This document shows positions 51,601 through 60,600 of a stretch of 64,000 nt of DNA, piece by piece. Location of the stretch: the NCBI GenBank assembly GCA_964187785.1, contig OZ076413.1, forward strand, positions 42,906,001-42,970,000. Reading direction: 5' to 3'. The notes under the pieces are model-generated. The model saw only the letters and a list, made by a program, of their open reading frames with translations. It searched no databases and was not told the DNA's origin. Within the stretch, counting starts at the first letter, position 1. Every line of letters begins with the position of its first letter. This stretch comes from Amphiscolops sp. MND2022. Lineage: Eukaryota. The translations under genes were made by a program, and so were the position numbers.

Positions 51601-54600
51601 ATTGTCTTCCTCTAGTTAGTATTTCTGCTTTAGCAGGAATATTATTGTAACCTCAAACTTTCTACTTTTTTTTCAGTACAAATTTTTCGGACGATCTGAA
51701 TAATTCAGATATTTTGTTCGGCAGTGAGTGTAAGCGTGGGAAAGCTGCCGACAATTCAATTCTAGTGCGATGGAACGAGCGAGTTGGTAATTATCCATTC
51801 GTATGCTGACGTCATTGTGATGAAGCGAGCGAATGTTCGTAATTGTGCTTTCGTTGCCCCGAGTTATTGAGATGAAGCGAATGAGTGTTAATTATTCGTT
51901 CGTTGAGAGCTTCGCCTGCATTCAAATGCGAATGCGAAACTTCGTCTACGCTTAGTAGTTATATTTTCTTTGGTCCGAGAAGAATTAAAGGCGGTGTAAA
52001 CTTTTACAGTGATTACATGTAATTGTACGCTAAATAATGATTGAACAAGAGTGTATTGGTATTCCAGATATGATTCTTTTAATAATGATTTTTTTTGTTT
52101 CAAAAAAAAAGATTAAAGCAGAAATAGTACTGAGCCCCGGAGGGGCCTATTTTAAAAAATGGATCTATTAGTTTTTGATTACTATCCAACATATCATCAA
52201 ATACAACACAACAATTTTGATAATCTTGAATACTTTTATCACTTAAATCTTCTTCCACTGAAATGTCTTCTTTTTCTGTATTTGTATATTGTCCCGGAGA
52301 TAGTTATTATATGTATTTGTTTTTCTTTATCATATAATCGAATTAATTGTAATTTGTTTAATAATAAATGAGACTTTCCACAAAATGATGGACCAACTAT
52401 TAATGTTCGATTGAACATAATATTATCATTATTATCATTATCATCCTTTGTAATAATATTATTATCATGATTTTCATTATGATTTATAATTTCATTATTT
52501 GTAATAATATTATTTGTATATTTATTATTATCATGATTTTCTTTACGGTTTATAATTTCATTATTTGTATAATTATTATTATCATGATTGATAATACATC
52601 TTCCACTAGTACCATAAATTAACATATGGCAATTTGTGTTTGTGATTGGTTTGACTTGTGGCTCGTCTTTTGGTTGATCAGTTAGATGGGATTTTTTTAA
52701 TCCCTTGAATTGTTTTAGTTTTTGGTATAATTTTTCGTAATGTCTAGGTCTAATATAATACCAATAAACATATAAAACTATAATAAAGATTACACATGAT
52801 AAACCTATATAAATTTTTTCATTCATTTATTAGGAAATAAATGAGTGGAAAGAAGAAAGAAATTGCTAAAGAAATATTCTCTCCTGTAATCAAGAAGTTT
52901 CAAAGAATTCAAATACAAACTCACTATAAAGATGAATGTTGGAGTATTGATCTGATAGACAGGTCTAGCTTAGCAAAATACAACAAAAACTACAAGTTCA
53001 TTTTTACAATAATTGATAACTATACTAAATATGCATGGGCGATTCCTCTTAAAGATAAATCAGGAAGAAGTACAACAACTGCATTTAAAAGTCTTATTGA
53101 AAAAGCAAAAAGAAAACCTGATAAAATTTGGTCAGATAGAGGTAAAGAGTTTTATAATAAAACATTTTTGGATTTTCTTAAACAAAATAAAATTCAAATT
53201 TATTCAACTAATTCAGATTTAAAAGCTGTTTTGTTGAACGATTCAATAGAACCTTATTAGATCTAATAAAAAAACCAATGTATATTGCAGGTAAAGCTTG
53301 TTGGTTGAATCACCTTGATGCTGCTTTACTAAAGTATAATAATCGTGTCCATACCACAACCAAAATGACACCTTTTGAAGCTAATAGTCAACCAATAGAT
53401 CCACCTACTTTTGTTAATAAACCGAAACAACCCAAATTCCAAGTGGGAGACTATGTAAGAGTTCCTGATAAACGCAATTTATATAGTAAAGGTTATACAA
53501 CAAATTGGAATAGAGAACTTTTTAAAATACATAAAATTAATCCAACTAACCCAGTTACGTATGGTTTAGTAGATGAAAACAACGAACTAATAGAAGGAAA
53601 ATATGAACAAGAACTTTTAAGAAGTATATTCAACTTTGACTCTAACAACAAAACGTTAGAAATTATGAATATTTTCCACCAATATGAGTAATTATATTTA
53701 AATAAATAATGTCAATTCATAAATTTGGTTATAGTGCCGAAAGCTTACAAAAAAATAAGATTGAGAATTTAGAAAAAGAATTGGAATCACAAACCAAATT
53801 AATCAACATAAAACTTAATGATATGCAAAGCACCATAAATGGTATGACTGATAACCTACAAAATACCGAAGGCGCATTGCGTGTACAAGAAATTAATTTT
53901 GATGATGGTGAAACCAAGGTAGTAGTCAATGCAAAGTTATTCTTAGACATAAACAAAAATATCGAAGACTTACAAATCAACCTGAAATACTTAGAACAAG
54001 ATGTTAAAAATAAATTTTTAGAAAAGAAAAAAATAATTTTGGATGCTGCCAAGTTAGTGGAACAACAACAAACCATTTTACGTAATCATTTTGAGAGAAA
54101 CCTTATTCAGAATCGGAAAATTGTAAAAATCAAGCAGTCAAAGATACCATTCAATTACTATACAACAAAGGATTGTTTGATTCATTTGAAAATAAAGACC
54201 AAATCTTTAATGAGTACTCATATTTTAGTGATGAATACTTGTTGGAAAAATACGGAAAAGAAATAGACATCAGATGGTGTGTATTATTTATCTGATTTAG
54301 ATTATTCAACGAGAGAAGATATCGTGTATTCCTTGAAAATAGATGAATACAAAGATATTGTTGATCTTAAATATAGAATGAAACTAACGGATACTGAGAT
54401 AAATTTCATACTTTTTGAAAACTAAATTGTAAAATTAAGTTTTTATTTAAAATTAAATGAGTGAAAAATTGTACCCATGTTTACAACAAGATCAGAATCT
54501 TGATCTTAGAATAAAAGAAATAAATAGTTTTAATAATTCAATTCAAAATATAAAAGATATTCAAAATTTTTATAATCATGAAGCTAAAAAATATAAAAAG

Positions 54601-57600
54601 AAAAGTAAACAATACAAGCTTATAAATTGTTTAATTCAATCTATTGATGGAGTTTCGGTGTTGGGTGTATCATCAACATGTGTCACTCTCAGCATTACTG
54701 GAGTTGGACTTGTTGTGGTACCCATCGCGAGTGGTATAGGTGCAGGTTTATGTATAATCAGTAAACTTCTTGGTGAGTACCTGAAAAGAAAAGAACAACA
54801 CAATATTAAAAAATATACTCTTGCTGGTAGAACACTACATGATTTCTGTAAACTACATTCAAAATGTTTAGAAGACAATAAAATTGATCTGAATGGATAC
54901 AACAAATTAAAACAAACATACGATGTGTATAAAAACAATAAAACTAAACTAAATTCTAAGTTTACTTTTTTAGGATAAATATTTTAAGTAAAAATAAAAT
55001 CAGTATAAAATTTAAATCCTAATTTTTATTCCTATTTAAATGGAATTATTTTCATTGAAAAATAAATATGCTATGGATAAACCTATTCATAAAATTGATT
55101 TTATTAAATACCTAGTTTTTATAATTGTTGGATTTCAAGCTAGAAATAAAGTTGATTCACAAACACATGATAATGCAATATTTGATCGTTTACCTGTTTC
55201 AAATGCAGTTTGTAAAATAGGATCAGAAAAATATCCCGATGATGGAATAGAAAGTGATTATGATAGAGACAAATATGATCAAGCATATAGTGAAATTGAA
55301 AACTTCTATTTGTTAAAAAGTGAAACTAACTTACTCAATCCATTTATTGATTTGCACAAATTCAGAACAAATTATAATTTTTATGTATTTGACTTATCCA
55401 AACAAAAAGATAATATTGCCAGTCAACCTATTAGATTAGAATTTAAATTTAATGCTGCCATTGATGTAGCAGATTATATAGCTTATGCCCTAGTCCTAAC
55501 ACCTAAACTGATAAGTATCAGTAGTGATGGACAAAGGCGTTTTGATATATTATAAATAAATATAATTTAAATATATTAATACAGCTTTGCTGATATGATA
55601 AATAAATTTATAAAATAATATATTTATTTTCATAAAATGATAATATAATATTATATTTATTTTTATAAAACATGTGCTCGATCACTTATCAACTTCACAA
55701 GTTGTTGATGGGTGAGTGCTTGTTTCCAATACCAAACTCTCCAATATATTCCTTCATCTGTTTTTTTGCTACCGTCAACATTTATAGTTAAATCTTTATA
55801 ATACAAACCAATTAATTTCAAACAATATATACAAGGACAATCACCTTTCTGGGTGTGTTTATCCCATGGTAAACTTTGTATTGGATTTATATACAAACGT
55901 TTATCATCAAAAGGATTCAAACACAACTTAGGTTGTTTTTCAACTGTGAGGTTGTGTAAATTAGATCTAATTGATATATTTGTAGAACTTGATGTTTCTG
56001 AATTAAACAATGAATTTTTGTAGTGTTCACATTTGGGAGCTTTTTGTATTCCTTTTTGTTTCGCTTTTTGAATGTTATTATTATTATTATTGTAACTAAA
56101 AGAATATGACTTTGATCGCAATGCTGTGAAGGTATCTAACACCAAAACTGGACTTGTTTCAATTTTCATTTTTCCTATAACTTTTTTGTTAATAGGATCA
56201 TATAATTCATGAGATTTGTGTAATTCACTGAAATCAAATTCATCTTTGTTTTCTTGTAAAAAGTTTATTAGTTCTTGGTGGTTTGTATCAAAACTCAGAA
56301 TAAAACTATCAGTGTCCATGTAGTGTATTTGTATGGATTGTTTCCAATATGGTTGTAATTTGTTATAATAAAATTCATACAATAGTAACTTACTTAATTC
56401 TAAAACTGTAAAACCTAAATAAATTGGTTTATCAAAGACTGTTTTTTCTTTATCAAACTTGTACACACTAAACTTAGAATAATGATCCACAATGCCTTTG
56501 AAACTTAACTTGGATTGTCTTTTAATTATTTGATCTATTTGAGAATGATCAATGAATTCTACATTCGCTCGGTCTCTTACATTTTCCATAGTCTTCCCAA
56601 AGAAAGCATTATTCGTTAATTTATAAAGATCCTTTTCAAAGTTTGTTTTTGCTACTGTGCGTTTCTGAGTATTATAATCAATGTATTTTGCTAACCATGG
56701 ACTTTGTTTAAACTTATAGATAGTATGTATCTTCGTTACTTTCATACCCATACCGAGAGTTTGAATACCCTATAATGCATCATATATTTCGATTTATTGG
56801 TTACATCACACATAAGTTTTGTTGTTGGTTTGTAATTAGGTTGATTTACACTATTCATATAACCTGAGAATAAGTCTGGATCTGCTTTTGTTTGATACGG
56901 ACAAAAAGGAAAGTTTTTTGTTTTTTCTTTAATTTCAGCTGGATAAAATAAATCACATTCTATGAAGAATCCATATTCATTATCATCAGGTATTTGTAAT
57001 AAATCTTCTACTAATTGCTCTAGATTGTAATTATCTGTGTAATTATACGGATTAAGAGGTAATATTTCGAATTCGCCAGTAGGAAGGTATTGACTCATTG
57101 CCCATCAATATAAATTATTTGCATCGATATATAAGATTTGTTTATTTTCATCAGATTGCACATGACGATCTCCCATTACACTTGAAATTCCTCCACGTAT
57201 ATTGTTTTCTAAAAGTAATAATAATTCTTTATCTTTTCTATAGTCTAACTTTATATTAGTCAACTTCAATCCTGCTTTCCATGTATAACCATACATAAGA
57301 GTAGACTTTTCAACAAAGTTTTCGAATGCATCAGCTAATTGTAGAACATCCATTTTTAAGTATAACATAGTTAATTCTTGTCCTGTTGTGATGTTATTTT
57401 TATCAATCAATTCTTGGGTTCTTTTTATATCATCATCTGATGGATAAGATTGTGTTAATGTTGACCAATAATCTTCTTTGGTTAGATTAAGTTGTTGGTG
57501 GAGGTTGTCTAGATTGAATTTCTCATATGGATAAGCTAATTTCTTTTTGAGTAAATCATCACTCATTCCTTCCAATTTCATGATAGGAAAATTGTCTAAA

Positions 57601-60600
57601 CTCTTAACTAATTTATCTAAACTGGAAGAAAGAAATCGGTATGAATCTAAGAATCTCAAACAACCTACTTGTACAGTAACATAATTTTCCAGTGATTTTG
57701 GAATTATCGTTGGATTGTAATTTTGATTGTATGCTTCGGTTAAGAGTTCTTCAAATATAAGATGACAATCATACCCCGAAAAGTTGTGGAAAAATATAGG
57801 AATAAAACTTGATGACCTTTGTTTACAATTTATGTTACATATATTATGAGCTGCTCCTCTGTATTTTCCTGTTAGATGATCATGATCTCTAACTTTTTCA
57901 CCACCGAGTGGATTTTCACAAAGCCAACACTCTTCTGCAAGTTGAAATTGTACTTCTTCTTCTTCTTGACTAATTTCTAATTCTAAATTTATTTTAAAAT
58001 AGTTACTAGCAATTTTTTCTAAAGTTAACATTTTATTTACAAACCACTTGGTACAATCTGTTCCAAAGTATGAATAGTAATAATTTCCAAATGGTGAAAT
58101 TGTTTATTATCCTACTGCAATTGGAATTTGTTTAAATAATACATTAGGGATGTTTTGAGGTTGATTAATACATTCAAAATCTGCATATACTCTTATTGGT
58201 ACAGGAACTTTCATATAATAATCTTCAAACTTTAACTGATTCTTCCAACTGAATGTGATTTTAGTTGGTTGTTGTTTTATACATCTTTCCATATGATCAA
58301 TTAGAACTGGTTGTGAACTAAATGCTGTTAAACATCTTCTACATACATGTTTCATATGTGAATCTTTATTTATTAAACAATGCAGCTTTGTTATTAAACA
58401 ATAATGATTTTGATATAATAATAAATCTATTTGTGGTTGATCATAGTTCGTATTTACATGGATTGGTGTTAGCACATTTCCTGTGAGTTCGAATACATTT
58501 ATACAGCATTGTTGACCTCCAGTATTTAATCTATTTAATTTTTCAAACTTGGGAATATCTGTAACTTTAATAGGGAATTCTAAACCTTCTAGGTTGAATT
58601 TATCAAAATGTTTTGAATAACTCGATGTTATATTTTTATTATCCTCAACTGGAAATAAATATGCTAATATACACCATAGAAAACAATATTTTTTATATTT
58701 ATTATTGATTGGCTGTTTTTATATTTTGGTGGTAACTCAATATATGAAGATGCTTGAATATCATTAACTTTATATATTTCTAATATAACTTCTTCTATTG
58801 CTTGAAATTGAAAACCTGATCCTTCTAATTGTTCATCATCTAATTTCTGCATTAATGTGTTATGAGTATCTTGTTGTGTGTGATTATATATTAGATCTGA
58901 TTTTATCCATCTTTTAAATACTTCTTCTCCATTGATTATTTTTGAAAATTTAGCTAGATAACTCAATTGATATTTAAATCGAGGAAAGTACCTTTTACTT
59001 ATTAATTCATTTATGCGATGTTCAAGATTTTCAGTTGGATTCATTTTCAGTTTAATGTATGTGTTTTCATTCACAAATATATTTACTCCATTACCGAAAT
59101 TTTGCATGTTTTCCCGTTGACGGTTTTGTAAATGAATTTCACTTTGGAAATGTCTTGTTGTATCAGATATATATCTATTATAATCTTCACACCAAACACG
59201 TCGTTGTTGGGTTTTATTTTTATGTTCATTTGAATTTAAATGAGAACTTTTATCTGAGATAGGCATATATAAATTACATTTTTTACAATAATATTGATTT
59301 AATTTTTCAAGATGTTTTACTGATTTATAATGATCAGATTTAAAACATTTTTTATAATTTGAATTACAAATTCTACAATTTTCCATTTCTATTTTTTAAA
59401 GAAAAAAATAGTTTAATTAAAATTTTTCAATATGTCTTTTTAAAAAAATGGATTTTTTTTATTTTTCTCACCTGTGGGTTCAAGATGAAAAAATTTGTTA
59501 GTAACAAAAGTTGTTCATATTTTGGATGTCTCCAATTTTAGTTACTGACTTTTCACGGTAGGACCAACAGTCTCGAGTAAAATGAGAAAAACCCAATTTT
59601 CACACCTGTTTTCTCACCTGCTAATCAGTGGGTCCAAGATACCGAAAAATTTTCTTGTAAAATGTTTCTCATTTTTGTCTATAACTTTAATTTCCTGAGT
59701 CGGTATAGTAGGAAGACCCAGTTTCGAGAAAATTGAGAAAAACCCATTTTTTACACCTGTTGGGCAGGTGGTAATCAGTGGGTTGATTTTAGAGATAAGC
59801 CGCAGATACAAAATGTGTGTACCTTTAGATTGTCTACAACTTTTATTTTTAATGTTTTTCTCAAAAATGATTTCCCGTTGAGATATGCGGAGCCAGCTTT
59901 GCTGTATTGAGCAATTTAACTTTTCCCATGTATTAAGATTAGGAATAAAAAATTTCTATATATAGATTTAAAAATTTTTCCGAGATGTTTGTATCGGTTT
60001 TTTCAAGTTTCAGATTTTTATATCGGTTTTTTCATTTGTCTCGGAAAATTCATATGTCTCGAAAAATTCAACAATTGTGACACATGGTTCCACTTATGGA
60101 ATGTTCCGCTTGATGTTATTTCATAACTATATGTTTCCACTTGAATGCTGCTTTCATTCCAAAGTTTTTTGCTTCACAAATTTTCTCTATTACCATCCAC
60201 AGCAACATAGAGGTTAGTGAATTTTTGCTTCATGACATATTTTCACCATGTGTAATGAAAATTTTTGTACAATGATTTTTATTTTGTTAATTTTTTAGTT
60301 GTGAAAAAAGGCTCGTTTTTAGATGGTTTGCCTTGGTTATTTTTTAACAGTTAGTTGTGAAAAAAACGTTGATTTTAAAAATATTCAACATTTTTATTTA
60401 AAAAAATATTTGACTGGTCCGAATCGGGAATTCGTATACTACTGGCACTATGCGACTTTTTTTCGAAAATTTTTGGATTCTATCAAAGGGTTTCCCCTTG
60501 CATTTTTTTGCACACGACGAAGTCAATGTGCATTGCAGTCCAGCTAAGTAAGTTTTTTTTTCCACAATAGCCAACTTCATAATGAGCGCCTTTTAGACAA

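Larger units (their letters stand above)
47237..60443. mobile_element. Polinton/Maverick (adintovirus-like endogenous virus), 13.2 kb, defective
   Basis: Termini AGTAGTATACG...CGTATACTACT; TIRs ~47237-48062 and ~59580-60443; 6-bp TSD GGCACT; pPolB, integrase, ATPase, protease and capsid genes. Confidence 0.97.

Noticed and set aside
50320..55660. TTTTTNT poxvirus early-terminator-like motifs after viral genes
   Set aside because: Expected by chance at this AT content; cannot be supported by eye
47237..60443. Contaminant or misassembled free virus
   Set aside because: The TSD, the reconstructable empty site and a nested host element show true integration
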